In this document: positions 1 through 9,825 of the stretch, in pieces | Layout: the number at the start of each line of letters is the position of its first letter | Numbering within the stretch: the first letter of the stretch is position 1 | Assembly: GCA_049586115.1 (NCBI GenBank) | Contig: JBAVBF010000154.1 | Location: forward strand, 1 to 36,873 | Origin: Thermoanaerobaculia bacterium | Lineage (GTDB): Bacteria > Acidobacteriota > Thermoanaerobaculia > Gp7-AA8 | Direction: 5' to 3' | DNA: 36,873 nt | Position numbers and translations under genes: made by a program | The notes under the pieces: model-generated | Databases searched by the model: none | The model's input: the letters and a program-made list of their open reading frames with translations, nothing else | Told to the model about the DNA's origin: nothing

Positions 1-80
1 GCCAGCAGGGTCACCAGCGATGTTTGTCCGACGCCGAGCGGCCCTTCGACGGCGATATGACGGAACGGCAGCGGCGGCAC
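1..80 (-). CDS. partial (N-terminus only) P-loop protein, deoxynucleoside-kinase-like; continues off the left edge
   Basis: Reverse-strand translation from GTG at 80 gives VPPLPFRHIAVEGPLGVGQTSLVTLLA. IAVEGPxGxGxTS resembles a dNK-type Walker A, but the Lys codon is CAA (Gln). Absent from the ORF track because it is open at the window edge. Confidence 0.3.
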   Translation of the reverse strand, partial: MPPLPFRHIAVEGPLGVGQTSLVTLL

Positions 81-100
81 GGTGGGAAAGGATAACTGAA

Positions 101-180
101 GGGTGAAGAGTGAAGGGTGAAGAGTGAAGGTAAGACCGAAGTTCTCTCGTCTTTCACTCTTCACCCTTCACTCTCCACCC
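101..180. repeat. inverted repeat with 30-nt arms (28/30 complementary) and a 20-nt loop; the left arm is two tandem 14-nt GGGTGAAGAGTGAA units
   Basis: 101-130 is gggtgaagagtgaagggtgaagagtgaagg. The reverse complement of 151-180 is gggtggagagtgaagggtgaagagtgaaag. Lies between divergent genes. Confidence 0.85.
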
Positions 181-201
181 TTGTGATATGTACCCGCCCC
201 C

Positions 202-1458
202 ATGCTCGCCCTCGAAGATTACCGTTTGGATAATGGACTCCGCGTCGTTCTCAACGAAGACCATTCCGCGCCTCTCGTCGCCGTCAACCTCTGGTACCAC
301 GTCGGTTCGAAGAATGAACGCCCCGGCCGCACCGGATTCGCGCATCTTTTCGAGCACATGCTCTTCTCCGGATCGGAGCACGTCGGCAACAACGAGCACT
401 TTCGCTACGTGCAGTCGGTCGGCGGCAACCTGAACGGGACGACGTTTTTCGACCGGACGAATTACTTCGAGACGCTGCCGTCGAACTACCTCGCGCTCGG
501 TCTCTGGCTGGAGTCCGATCGCATGGGCTATTTCCTTCCCGCGCTGACGCAGGAGAAGCTCGACATCCAGCGCGAGGTCGTGAAGGAAGAGCGCCGCCAG
601 CGATACGACAACGTTCCGTACGGCACCGCCTTCGAGCGGCTGCTCAATCTCGGCTACGACCCCGATTACTCGTACCACTGGCCCACCATCGGCTCGATGG
701 AAGACCTCGGCGCGGCGTCGCTCGACGACATCCGCGAGTTCTTCGCCACCTGGTATCGCCCCGACAACGCAACGCTGACGCTCATCGGCGATTTCGCGCC
801 GGATGAAGCGAAGCGTCTGGTCGACGAGTACTTTTCGCCGATTCCTGCAGGCGGTTCCTTTCCGCACTTCGACCTGGAGCGCCGTCCGCTGAACGGCGAA
901 CGGCGCGAGGTTTTTCCGTCGCCGGTCCAGCTTCCGCGCGTCTATCGTCTCTATCATTTCCCGAAGATGGGCCATCCCGACTGGATCGCCGCCGATCTGC
1001 TCAGCTCCGTCCTCAGCGGCGACAAAGCAAGCCGGCTTGAAAAAGCGCTCGTACTCGAGCAGCAGATCGCGACGGATGTTGCCGCCTACGTGTTGCCGAC
1101 GGAAGCTACCGGGATTTTCATGATGCAGGCGACGGCCAATGAAGGCGTTGCCATCGAAGACGTCGAGCGCGCGATCGACGCCGAGGTCGCACGTGTCGTC
1201 AGCGACGGCGTCACCGCGGACGAGCTCACGCGCGCGAAGAATCGCGCCGAGGTCGAGTACGCACACCAGATCGAAAACTACGACGCGCGCGCAGATCTCA
1301 TCGGCATGATGTCGACCTACTTCAACGATCCGAGCCTGGTGCACACCTGGCTCGATCCCTACCGCGCCGCGACGAGCGACGACCTGCAGCGCGTGGCGCG
1401 GCAATACCTCGTCGCCGACAATCGCGTGACGAGCACGTTCGTCCCGGAGAACGCATGA
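202..1458 (+). CDS. M16 (pitrilysin/insulinase) family zinc peptidase, catalytic-type subunit
   Basis: 418-aa ORF. Carries the HxxEH inverted zincin motif (FAHLFEHMLFSGSEH) and typical M16 N- and C-domains. ATGA overlap with the next gene. Confidence 0.9.
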   Translation: MLALEDYRLDNGLRVVLNEDHSAPLVAVNLWYHVGSKNERPGRTGFAHLFEHMLFSGSEHVGNNEHFRYVQSVGGNLNGTTFFDRTNYFETLPSNYLALGLWLESDRMGYFLPALTQEKLDIQREVVKEERRQRYDNVPYGTAFERLLNLGYDPDYSYHWPTIGSMEDLGAASLDDIREFFATWYRPDNATLTLIGDFAPDEAKRLVDEYFSPIPAGGSFPHFDLERRPLNGERREVFPSPVQLPRVYRLYHFPKMGHPDWIAADLLSSVLSGDKASRLEKALVLEQQIATDVAAYVLPTEATGIFMMQATANEGVAIEDVERAIDAEVARVVSDGVTADELTRAKNRAEVEYAHQIENYDARADLIGMMSTYFNDPSLVHTWLDPYRAATSDDLQRVARQYLVADNRVTSTFVPENA

Positions 1459-2822
1459 GCATCGATAGAAACGTCGCTCCGCAGCCGGGACCGCCGCGGC
1501 CGTATCACTTCCCGCGCGTTGCCCGCCGCACGCTCGACAACGGCCTGCGCGTGCTTGTCGCCGAAAATCACAATGCGCCGCTCGTTTCCGTGCGCACGCT
1601 GATCCGCTCCGGCGCCGACTACGACACGCCGGAACTTGCCGGCCTCGCGTCGCTCACCGGCGAGTTGCTCGATGAAGGCGCCGGCACGCGCGATGCCGTT
1701 CGCCTGGCCGAGGATCTCGGCCTCCTCGGCGCATCGCTCGGCAGCGGCGCCGACTGGGATGCGTCTTACATCTCCGTCGACACGCTCTCGCGCACGTTCG
1801 CCGAGGCCTTCGCCATCTTCGCGGACGTGAATCGCAAGCCGATGCTCCCCGAGGCGTCGCTGGAACGCGTTCGCGCTGAGCGCCTGATGGAGCTCCTGCA
1901 GCAACGCGACGAGGCGGGCGCCATCGCCGCCAAACGCTTTTCGAATCTGATTTACGGTAGCGGCGCGTACGGCAACACGGTCATCGGCAATCCCGAATCG
2001 GTTGCGCGCATCGGCATCGAGGACGTACGCCGCTATTACGCCGAACACTACGTGCCCAATAACGGCACGATCGTGATCGCCGGCGACGTCGATGCCGATC
2101 TCGCTCTCGATTCGGCCTCGCGCCTCTTCACCGATTGGCCTGCCGCCGAACTTCCGACACGCCCGCAGATCACCCCGAACGCTCTCGACTCGAGCCGCAT
2201 CTACCTGATCGACCGCCCCACCGCCGTGCAGTCTGAAATCCGCATCGGCCACCTCGGCATCGCGCGCAGCACGGAGGACTACTTCGCACTCTCCGTGATG
2301 AACGCGCTCCTCGGCGGCGTCTTCAACTCGCGCATCAACCTCAACCTGCGCGAAAAACACGGCTACACGTACGGCGCGCGATCGATGTTCGCGTTCCGCC
2401 GCCAGGCTGGCCCGTTCGTCGTCAGCGCGCCGGTTCGCAACGAAGTCACCCGCGAGTCGGTGACCGAGGTGCTCGCCGAACTGCGGCGAATCCGCACCGG
2501 CGACGTCGAAACGATGGAGCTCGAAGACACGAAGAACTACCTGATGGGCTCCTTCCCCTCGACCGTTCAAACCGCCAGCGACATCGCCGGCCGTCTGGTC
2601 GACATGGAGCTTTACGACCTGCCGACGAACTACTTCGACCGCTACCGCGAAAACATCGGCGCGATCTCGAAACACGATGTCGAGCACGTCGCGGAGAAGT
2701 ACATCGATCCCGACAAAGTCATCATCGTCATCGTCGGCAACGCCTCCCAAATCCGCGAACCCCTCGGCACCCTCGGCATGCCGATCCACGAGTTGGACAT
2801 CGAGGGGATGGCGATCGCGTAG
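1455..2822 (+). CDS. M16 family peptidase-like protein, non-catalytic partner (no HxxEH)
   Basis: 455-aa ORF with M16 fold signatures (RVLVAENHNAPLVSVR...LTGELLDEGAG) but no HxxEH motif. Translationally coupled to the upstream M16 gene. Confidence 0.85.
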   Translation: MSIDRNVAPQPGPPRPYHFPRVARRTLDNGLRVLVAENHNAPLVSVRTLIRSGADYDTPELAGLASLTGELLDEGAGTRDAVRLAEDLGLLGASLGSGADWDASYISVDTLSRTFAEAFAIFADVNRKPMLPEASLERVRAERLMELLQQRDEAGAIAAKRFSNLIYGSGAYGNTVIGNPESVARIGIEDVRRYYAEHYVPNNGTIVIAGDVDADLALDSASRLFTDWPAAELPTRPQITPNALDSSRIYLIDRPTAVQSEIRIGHLGIARSTEDYFALSVMNALLGGVFNSRINLNLREKHGYTYGARSMFAFRRQAGPFVVSAPVRNEVTRESVTEVLAELRRIRTGDVETMELEDTKNYLMGSFPSTVQTASDIAGRLVDMELYDLPTNYFDRYRENIGAISKHDVEHVAEKYIDPDKVIIVIVGNASQIREPLGTLGMPIHELDIEGMAIA

Positions 2823-2828
2823 GCACGC

Positions 2829-2951
2829 CTGTCATCCTGAGCCGTCGAAGAACGGTCGAAGGACCCCCCGGTTAATAACATTTTCGATGGGTTAGCAGGA
2901 AAGGGGTCCTTCGACCGTCCTCCGCTTCGCTCCGGCGGCTCAGGATGACAG
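2829..2951. repeat. nested palindromic REP-like element (possible bidirectional terminator)
   Basis: Outer arms are 16 bp and perfect: ctgtcatcctgagccg (2829-2844) pairs with cggctcaggatgacag (2936-2951). Inner arms are 16 bp and perfect: acggtcgaaggacccc (2852-2867) pairs with ggggtccttcgaccgt (2903-2918). The 35-nt loop is AT-rich. Confidence 0.8.
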
Positions 2952-2973
2952 CGCAGCTATAATCGCCGCCTCG

Positions 2974-4638
2974 ATGGAGCAGCTCCAACTTCACTACGTC
3001 GATCTGGGCGTGCCGCGGGTCATGGACCTGAAGCATGAGCTGTCGGTGGGGCGCACCGAGGGGAATGACCTGATCCTCAACCATCCGTCGGTGTCGCGGA
3101 AGCATGCGCGGTTCGAGCTGCGCGGCGACAACTGGTGGATCGTCGATCTGAAATCGACGAACGGCGTGAAGTTGAACGGCAATCTCGTCACCGAGGCGCA
3201 GGTGGCGGCTGGGGATAAGTTGTCGGTCGGCTCCGTGCTGATGGACGCGCGGGCCATGCCGTCGGTCGATTTCAACGCCGACTCGATGTTCGACAACCCC
3301 TCGGGCACGGTCATCCGCCGCATCTCCGATTTCAATTCCGAGTTCGGGCTCGACCTCAACGAAGTCCTCGACAACAAAGCGCCGATCACGCGTCCGCCGT
3401 CGCAGCCGGGTTTTCGCGAGCCGGCTGTGTCGCGCGAGAAGATTTTCCAGGTCCTCGTGCAGGTGGCGAAAGCGCTGCTGGCGTCGGAAGAGCTGCAGGT
3501 CGTACTGACGACGGTGATGGACATCATCTTCCGCTACCTGCCGGTCGAGCGCGGTCTGATCATCCTCTTCGACGAAGAAGGCAATCCGGTTCCGAAGCTG
3601 ACCAAGTTCATCGACGGCGCCGAGCAACAGGACATCCCCATCTCGCGGACGATTTTGAAGATGGTCGCGCAGCAGCAGGTTGCGCTGATGACCTCGAACG
3701 CCCTCGAAGACGCGCGGCTGCTCGGCGGAAAGTCGATCGCCATTCACGGCATCCGCTCGGCGATGTGCGTGCCGCTGTGGAACCGGCAGCGCGTCATCGG
3801 CGCGGTGCAGGTCGATTCACCGATCCACATCGGCAGTTTCACGGAAGAGGATCTCGATCTGCTCACGGCGCTGGCAAACTTTGCGGCGGTTGCCATCGAA
3901 CGTGCGCAACTCGCGGAGAAGATCGAGGAAGAAAAGAAGATCCGCTCGCGCATGGAGCGCTACCACTCGCCCGCCGTCGTCGACGAAATCGTGAAGGGCT
4001 TGATCTCGACGGAATCGGAAGTGCGCAGCACCGACCTTTCGATCCTCTTCGCCGACATCAGCGGTTTTACGCCGATGTCGGAGTCGAAGAAGCCGGAGGA
4101 AGTGGCCGAGTTCCTGTCCCACTTCTTCTCGTGCGCGGTGGAATCGATCTTCGCGTACGGCGGCACGCTCGACAAATTCATCGGCGATGCGGTGATGGCC
4201 TTCTTCGGCGCGCCGCTGCCGCAGGACGATCACGCGGATCGCGCCGTGCTGACGGGACTAATGCTGCAGCGCATGGTGAACGAGTGGAACGTGGAGCGCG
4301 CAAAGACGAATCTGCCGCCGGTGATGGTGCGCGTAGGCATCAACAGCGGACTCGCAGTGGTCGGCAACGTCGGCACCGAGAAGCGCGTCGACTACACGGT
4401 CCTCGGATCGTCGGTCAACATCGCCTCGCGCCTCGAAAGCGGCGTAGCCAAACCGGGCCAGGTCGTGATCTCGCAGAACACGATGGACCGCATCATGGGC
4501 AGCTTCGAAACCGAATCGCTCGGCGAGTTCGCGTTGAAAGGTTTGCAACAGAAGATGCCGGTCTTCGCCGTGACCGGAACCGTCGGTGTCGGCGCCACTC
4601 CCGCGCCGGCGTTGCAGTCAACCTCGACGACGCGGTAA
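2974..4638 (+). CDS. FHA domain - GAF domain - class III adenylate/guanylate cyclase
   Basis: N-terminal FHA domain (LSVGRTEGNDLILNHPSVSRKHARFELRGDNWWIVDLKSTNGVKLNG). Central GAF-like region. C-terminal cyclase motifs (LSILFADISGFTPMSE, FIGDAVMAFFGAP, GINSGLAVVGNVG). Confidence 0.9.
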   Translation: MEQLQLHYVDLGVPRVMDLKHELSVGRTEGNDLILNHPSVSRKHARFELRGDNWWIVDLKSTNGVKLNGNLVTEAQVAAGDKLSVGSVLMDARAMPSVDFNADSMFDNPSGTVIRRISDFNSEFGLDLNEVLDNKAPITRPPSQPGFREPAVSREKIFQVLVQVAKALLASEELQVVLTTVMDIIFRYLPVERGLIILFDEEGNPVPKLTKFIDGAEQQDIPISRTILKMVAQQQVALMTSNALEDARLLGGKSIAIHGIRSAMCVPLWNRQRVIGAVQVDSPIHIGSFTEEDLDLLTALANFAAVAIERAQLAEKIEEEKKIRSRMERYHSPAVVDEIVKGLISTESEVRSTDLSILFADISGFTPMSESKKPEEVAEFLSHFFSCAVESIFAYGGTLDKFIGDAVMAFFGAPLPQDDHADRAVLTGLMLQRMVNEWNVERAKTNLPPVMVRVGINSGLAVVGNVGTEKRVDYTVLGSSVNIASRLESGVAKPGQVVISQNTMDRIMGSFETESLGEFALKGLQQKMPVFAVTGTVGVGATPAPALQSTSTTR

Positions 4639-4676
4639 ACCCGTATCCGCAGAGGTCCGCAGATTAAGATGACGGC

Positions 4677-5348
<672 letters not shown>

Positions 5349-5364
5349 ACTACGTCCAACGCCC

Positions 5365-7791
5365 ATGTTCGAAAAATACAACGAGAAAGCACGACGCGCT
5401 CTTTTCTTCGCCCGATATGAAGCTTCGAAGCTCGGCTCTCGCGTCATCGAGTCCGAACACATCCTCCTCGGCGTCCTGCGCGAGGGGGAGGAAATCATCA
5501 AAGAGATTTTCTCGCGTTTCAACGTGAAGCCCGAACAGATCCGTCGTGAAGTGGAAGGCGACCGGCTCTTCGTCGACCGCATCTCGTCGTCGGCGGAATT
5601 GCCGCTTTCCGAGGAGTCGAAAAAGATCCTCGCGTACGCTGCTCACGAAGCGGAGTCGATGCTGCATCAGTACGTCGGCACCGAGCACCTCCTGATCGGA
5701 ATCCTGCGCGTCGAGTCGTCCACGGCCGCACGCATCCTCACCTCCAAGGGCCTCAACGTCTACGGAGTGCGCGAGGAGACGATCTCGATTCTCAAAGAGC
5801 GCGAGGCCGACAAGCAGAAGAAAGAGCTGCCGTTCCTGGCCGAGTACGCGCGTGACCTCACGGCGATGGCGCACTCCGCGCAGTTCGATCCGCTCATCGG
5901 ACGCGAAAAAGAAGTCGAGCGCATCATCCAGATCCTTTCGCGGCGCACGAAGAACAATCCGATCCTTCTCGGCGAGCCCGGCGTCGGCAAGACCGCCATC
6001 GTCGAAGGGCTGGCTCAGCGCATCGTCGACGGCAACGTCCCGCTGTTCATCGCCAACAAACGCATCCTCTCGCTCGACCTCTCGCTCATCGTCGCCGGCA
6101 CCAAGTATCGCGGCCAGTTCGAGGAGCGGCTCAAAGGCATCATCAAAGAGCTGAAGGAAAACACCGACATCATCATCTTCATCGATGAGATCCACTCGCT
6201 CATCGGCGCCGGCCCGGCGGAAGGTTCGCTCGACGCCGCGAACATCCTCAAGCCGGCGTTGTCGCGCGGCGAGATCTCCTGCGTCGGCGCGACGACGATC
6301 CGAGAATATCGCCGCTACATCGAAAAGGACCGCTCGCTGCTGCGCCGCTTCCAGGCCATCAACGTCGCGCCGCCGAATGAGCTCGAGACGCTGCAGATCC
6401 TTGAAGGCGTCAAAGAGCGCTACGAGAACTTCCACAAGGTGAAGTACAGCGACACGGCCATTCGCAGCGCCGTCTATCAATCGAACCGCTACATCACCGA
6501 CCGCTTCTTTCCCGACAAAGCGATCGACATCATCGACGAGGCCGGCGCGAAGGTGAAGCTGCGCCGCGTGGCCGACACCCAGAACCTGCGGCGCCTGGAG
6601 TCGGAGATCCGCTCGATCGTCAAGGAGATGAAGAAGGCCATCTCCGACAAGGATTTCGAGAAAGCCGTCTTCCTGCGCGAGCGCGAAATCGAGTTGAAAG
6701 AAGAAGTCGAGCGCTTCAAGCAGGAGCGCGAGGCCGTCGGCGAAGAGCTGATGGAAGTGACCAAGAAGGACATCGAGGAGATCATCAGCTCCTGGACCGA
6801 CATCCCGGTCACCTCGATCGAAGCCGACGAAGCCGCGAAGCTCATCAACATGGAAGACTCGCTGATGCGGCGCGTGGTCGGTCAGGACAAAGCGATCCGC
6901 GCCATCTCGCGCGCCATCCGCCGTTCGCGCCTCGGCGTCGCCTCTCCGAATCGTCCGATGGGATCGTTCATCTTCCTCGGCTCGTCCGGCGTTGGTAAAA
7001 CGGAAGTAGCGCGGCGCCTGGCCGAGTTTCTCTTCGGATCGCAGCGCCACCTCATCCGCTTCGACATGTCCGAGTACATGGAGAAGCACGCGGTGTCGAA
7101 GCTCATCGGATCGCCTCCCGGCTACGTCGGCCACGAAGAAGGCGGACAACTCACCGAGCGCGTTCGCCGCAATCCGTACTCGGTCGTGCTGCTCGACGAG
7201 ATCGAGAAGGCGCATCCCGACATCGCCAACATCCTGCTGCAGATTCTCGAAGACGGCATTCTCACCGACTCGCTCGGCAACCAGGTCGACTTCCGCAACA
7301 CGCTGATCATCATGACCAGCAACCTCGGCACGCGCTTCCTGACCACGAAGGGCCACATGGGCTTCCGCGAGAAGTCGAGCGAGGCCGATCAGAAGTCCGC
7401 CGAGGCGATGATCCATCAGGAGCTGAAGAAAGAGTTCAGCCCCGAGTTCATCAATCGGATCGACGACATCATCATCTTCAATCCGCTGACGCAAAACGAG
7501 CTCCGCGCGATCTGCCGGCTGCTGGTCGACGACGTCAACATCGCGCTCGTCCAGAAGGGCGTCCAGATCGCCATCGACGACTCCGTCATCGACTGGCTGC
7601 TCTCGCGCGCTGAGGAAGAGTCGAACTCGGGAGCGCGTCCGCTGCGGCGAGCGATCCAGCGTTACATCGAAGACGAGTTGTCGGAGTTCCTCATCCGCCA
7701 CAAGGAGTCGATGCCGGAATGGATCGACTTCACGATGAATGCGAACGAAGTGCTGCTGATGCCGAGGAGCAGCGAGGCGTTGACGCCGTAG
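5365..7791 (+). CDS. clpC: ATP-dependent Clp protease ATP-binding subunit ClpC
   Basis: 808 aa. Clp_N repeats ([30 protein letters not shown]). Two AAA+ modules (GEPGVGKTA and GSSGVGKTE). UVR-like middle motif ([15 protein letters not shown]). Confidence 0.92.
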   Translation: MFEKYNEKARRALFFARYEASKLGSRVIESEHILLGVLREGEEIIKEIFSRFNVKPEQIRREVEGDRLFVDRISSSAELPLSEESKKILAYAAHEAESMLHQYVGTEHLLIGILRVESSTAARILTSKGLNVYGVREETISILKEREADKQKKELPFLAEYARDLTAMAHSAQFDPLIGREKEVERIIQILSRRTKNNPILLGEPGVGKTAIVEGLAQRIVDGNVPLFIANKRILSLDLSLIVAGTKYRGQFEERLKGIIKELKENTDIIIFIDEIHSLIGAGPAEGSLDAANILKPALSRGEISCVGATTIREYRRYIEKDRSLLRRFQAINVAPPNELETLQILEGVKERYENFHKVKYSDTAIRSAVYQSNRYITDRFFPDKAIDIIDEAGAKVKLRRVADTQNLRRLESEIRSIVKEMKKAISDKDFEKAVFLREREIELKEEVERFKQEREAVGEELMEVTKKDIEEIISSWTDIPVTSIEADEAAKLINMEDSLMRRVVGQDKAIRAISRAIRRSRLGVASPNRPMGSFIFLGSSGVGKTEVARRLAEFLFGSQRHLIRFDMSEYMEKHAVSKLIGSPPGYVGHEEGGQLTERVRRNPYSVVLLDEIEKAHPDIANILLQILEDGILTDSLGNQVDFRNTLIIMTSNLGTRFLTTKGHMGFREKSSEADQKSAEAMIHQELKKEFSPEFINRIDDIIIFNPLTQNELRAICRLLVDDVNIALVQKGVQIAIDDSVIDWLLSRAEEESNSGARPLRRAIQRYIEDELSEFLIRHKESMPEWIDFTMNANEVLLMPRSSEALTP

Positions 7792-7800
7792 AGAGGTTTT

Positions 7801-7914
7801 GTGGCCCCGCCACGCATCTATCTCGAAACGAGCCTGATCAGCTATGTAGTTGGTCGACGAAGCCGCGATCTGATTACGCTCGCGAATCAGGAGCTCACTC
7901 GTGAGTGGTGGGAC
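7801..7914 (+). pseudogene. 5' remnant (~38 codons) of a PIN-like (VapC-type) gene
   Basis: The GTG-start frame reads VAPPRIYLETSLISYVVGRRSRDLITLANQELTREWWD. From memory, this matches the N-terminus of a PIN-like family (xVYVETSIxSxxxxRxSxDxxxxxxxxxTxxWWD ... WNCxHxAN). After WWD the frame degenerates into Arg/Ser-rich nonsense. Confidence 0.45.
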
Positions 7915-8807
7915 GTTCGAGGCCTCGCTTGCTGCACACGAGACGGCGCCGGCGATCCTGCTCGTCGGCCCAGGGATGCGGCAAGACGACGCTCGCACGT
8001 GGTCTCGCCGAGCACTACAAGGGGAAGTTCAAGACGATCGTCGCCGCGAAAGATGTCACGCCGGTCATCCTCTGCGGATGGCTCGCGGGGATCGAGTACG
8101 GCGACACGCTTTTTATCGATGAGGTGCACGGCCTCCCCGGCGGTACGCAGGAGCTGCTCTATCCGGTGCTCGATCAGCTGAAGCGACCGGTCATCAAGGA
8201 CAGAAAGCTCGATCGCAGCGAGCGCGCAAGCGTTGCTCCCTTCAATTTTCTTTGCGCTACGACGGAGCCAGGCCAGTTGCTCGCACCGTTCCGTTCGCGC
8301 ATGGAGATCATTTTTTTCGATCCGAATTCGCGGTCCGAGTTGCGCGCCATCGCGATCAATGCCGCCGCTGAGGCCGGACGGAAACTTTCGCCCCAAGGCG
8401 GGGGCGAACTCGCGGATCGGTGCCAGGAAAGCCCCCGGCTCTTGACAAAGATGGTGCAGCAGCTCGTCCGCCTTACACCGAGCATTTCCGAGCTGACGCA
8501 GGATCACGTTCGAAGCTTTCTTCGGAAGAAGGGGATCAGCTCCCACGGCCTCGATCCGCTCCAGCAGCAGTACCTCCTCGCGCTCTCGCGGTTACCCGGA
8601 CATCGGTCCATGTTCGAGCGGCTGGTGTCTCACCTTCAGATCGCCGACGCCGGATTCTTCCGGCAGGAAGCCGAATCGTTCCTCGTCGCGACGGGTGCCA
8701 TCGTCATCGAGGCGCGCTACCGGCTGCTGACCAAGCGTGGACAGGAAGTCGTGGAGCAGCTGAAGGCGGAATTCGGCATCGAGGACGAGGAGGACGCCGA
8801 TGTTTGA
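7905..8807 (+). CDS. divergent RuvB-like AAA+ ATPase; apparent frameshift at the P-loop, with N-terminal codons in another frame from 7901
   Basis: GCGKTTLARGLAEHY...DTLFIDEVHGLPGGTQELLYPVLDQ...FNFLCATTEPGQLLAPFRSRMEI...GLDPLQQQYLLAL parallels RuvB (GKTTLA, LFIDEIHRL, LYPAMED, ATTR..L..PLRDRF, and the winged-helix GLD..D..YL region). The +2 frame from 7901 reads SGGTFEASLAAHETAPAILLVGPG and abuts GCGKTT. Confidence 0.7.
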   Translation: MVGRSRPRLLHTRRRRRSCSSAQGCGKTTLARGLAEHYKGKFKTIVAAKDVTPVILCGWLAGIEYGDTLFIDEVHGLPGGTQELLYPVLDQLKRPVIKDRKLDRSERASVAPFNFLCATTEPGQLLAPFRSRMEIIFFDPNSRSELRAIAINAAAEAGRKLSPQGGGELADRCQESPRLLTKMVQQLVRLTPSISELTQDHVRSFLRKKGISSHGLDPLQQQYLLALSRLPGHRSMFERLVSHLQIADAGFFRQEAESFLVATGAIVIEARYRLLTKRGQEVVEQLKAEFGIEDEEDADV

Positions 8808-9825
8808 GGTCATCGTCGGTCCTGAACTCGAAGAATTCTGCACCTGGGCGTACCGCGCCAACATGCCGGTTCTTCTGAATGGCAATCACGGTGTCGGCAA
8901 GAGTGAGTCGCTGCGAGCCGTCGCGGAGAAGCTCGGGATCGGGTTCATCACACTGAACCTCTCTGCGCTTGAAGCCGTGGACCTGCAGGGGATGCCCGTC
9001 GTCGTCGGCGACCGAGTGGAATACGTAGCCCCGCTCTGGTTCCCGACGACGGGCAATGGCCTGCTCTTTCTCGATGAAGTGAGCCGCGCCCCGCGCCATC
9101 TTCGCGCACCGCTCTTTCAGCTGCTCACGGAGCGGGGGATCAATGGCCGCCAGCTCGGGGCCGGCTGGGTTCCCGTCGCCGCCGCGAATGACGGCGCAGC
9201 CTATGACGTCGATGATCTGGACCCCGCATTCACGAGCCGTTTCATCTCCGTTCGGGTGAGGTCGTCGGTCTACCAGTGGCTGGACTGGGCTCGTGGTGCA
9301 GGCGTTCATGAGCGCGTGCTTGATTTCGCCGTCATCCATCCGGACCTCTTCGATGATCCCGCATCGAATCCTCGCGCCTGGGAGGGGGTGAGCAAATTGC
9401 TCCACGCAGGGGAAGACGGACAGCTCGCCCCTTCACGGGGTACGGTACTCCCGACCCTCCTCCAGAAAATGATCGCCGGTCTCGTCGGCGAAACCTGGAG
9501 CGCCGCCTTCTGGCAGCACTACATCGGCGCTGCGCGGCCCATCAATCCGACATCGATCATCACGCAGTACGCCGCGGAGCGGCCGACCGTTGCGCAGTGG
9601 ATCGCCCAAAAGCGCGTGGATCTCCTCCATCAGACGATGAAGATGCTGCAGGGGTTGCTGCAGTCGCAGGCCGTCCACGACGAGGTCGTTGCCCACGACG
9701 TGCAACGCTTGAACGTCATCGCTTTCGCCGGCGACCTTCCGGCCGAGCTCCGCAGGAAGTGGTCGGCGTGGGTCGTCGATCGGGAATTCCCGAGGCTCGC
9801 GATCTCGAAAAAGAGGCGGTCATGA
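8800..9825 (+). CDS. AAA_5 / MoxR-like ATPase
   Basis: Walker A LLNGNHGVGKSE, Walker B LLFLDEVSRAP, then LFQLLTER...VAAAN, typical of MoxR/CbbQ-type ATPases. 8-nt overlap with the upstream gene and ATGA overlap with the downstream gene. Confidence 0.8.
   Translation: MFEVIVGPELEEFCTWAYRANMPVLLNGNHGVGKSESLRAVAEKLGIGFITLNLSALEAVDLQGMPVVVGDRVEYVAPLWFPTTGNGLLFLDEVSRAPRHLRAPLFQLLTERGINGRQLGAGWVPVAAANDGAAYDVDDLDPAFTSRFISVRVRSSVYQWLDWARGAGVHERVLDFAVIHPDLFDDPASNPRAWEGVSKLLHAGEDGQLAPSRGTVLPTLLQKMIAGLVGETWSAAFWQHYIGAARPINPTSIITQYAAERPTVAQWIAQKRVDLLHQTMKMLQGLLQSQAVHDEVVAHDVQRLNVIAFAGDLPAELRRKWSAWVVDREFPRLAISKKRRS

Noticed and set aside
101-130. Tandem 14-mers as a CRISPR array or minisatellite
   Set aside because: Only two units with no spacers. 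They are better explained as one arm of the inverted repeat.
154-2789. Long minus-strand ORFs (154-1404, 416 aa; 1359-2789, 476 aa) opposite the M16 genes
   Set aside because: Arg/Ala/Gly/Val-rich, motif-less shadow ORFs typical of the antisense strand of GC-rich genes. The + strand products have clear M16 motifs.
3765-4667. 300-aa + strand ORF overlapping the cyclase gene in another frame
   Set aside because: Extremely Arg/Gly-rich alternative-frame artefact. The FHA-GAF-cyclase frame carries all the recognisable motifs.
5350-7998. 882-aa minus-strand ORF opposite clpC
   Set aside because: Antisense shadow ORF with low-complexity Arg/Asp/Leu-rich sequence and no motifs. The + strand encodes an unmistakable ClpC.
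9597-9821. 75-codon N-terminal extension of the VWA-peptidase ORF
   Set aside because: It lies wholly inside the AAA_5 ATPase gene and is Arg/Gly-rich. ATG 9822 forms an ATGA overlap.
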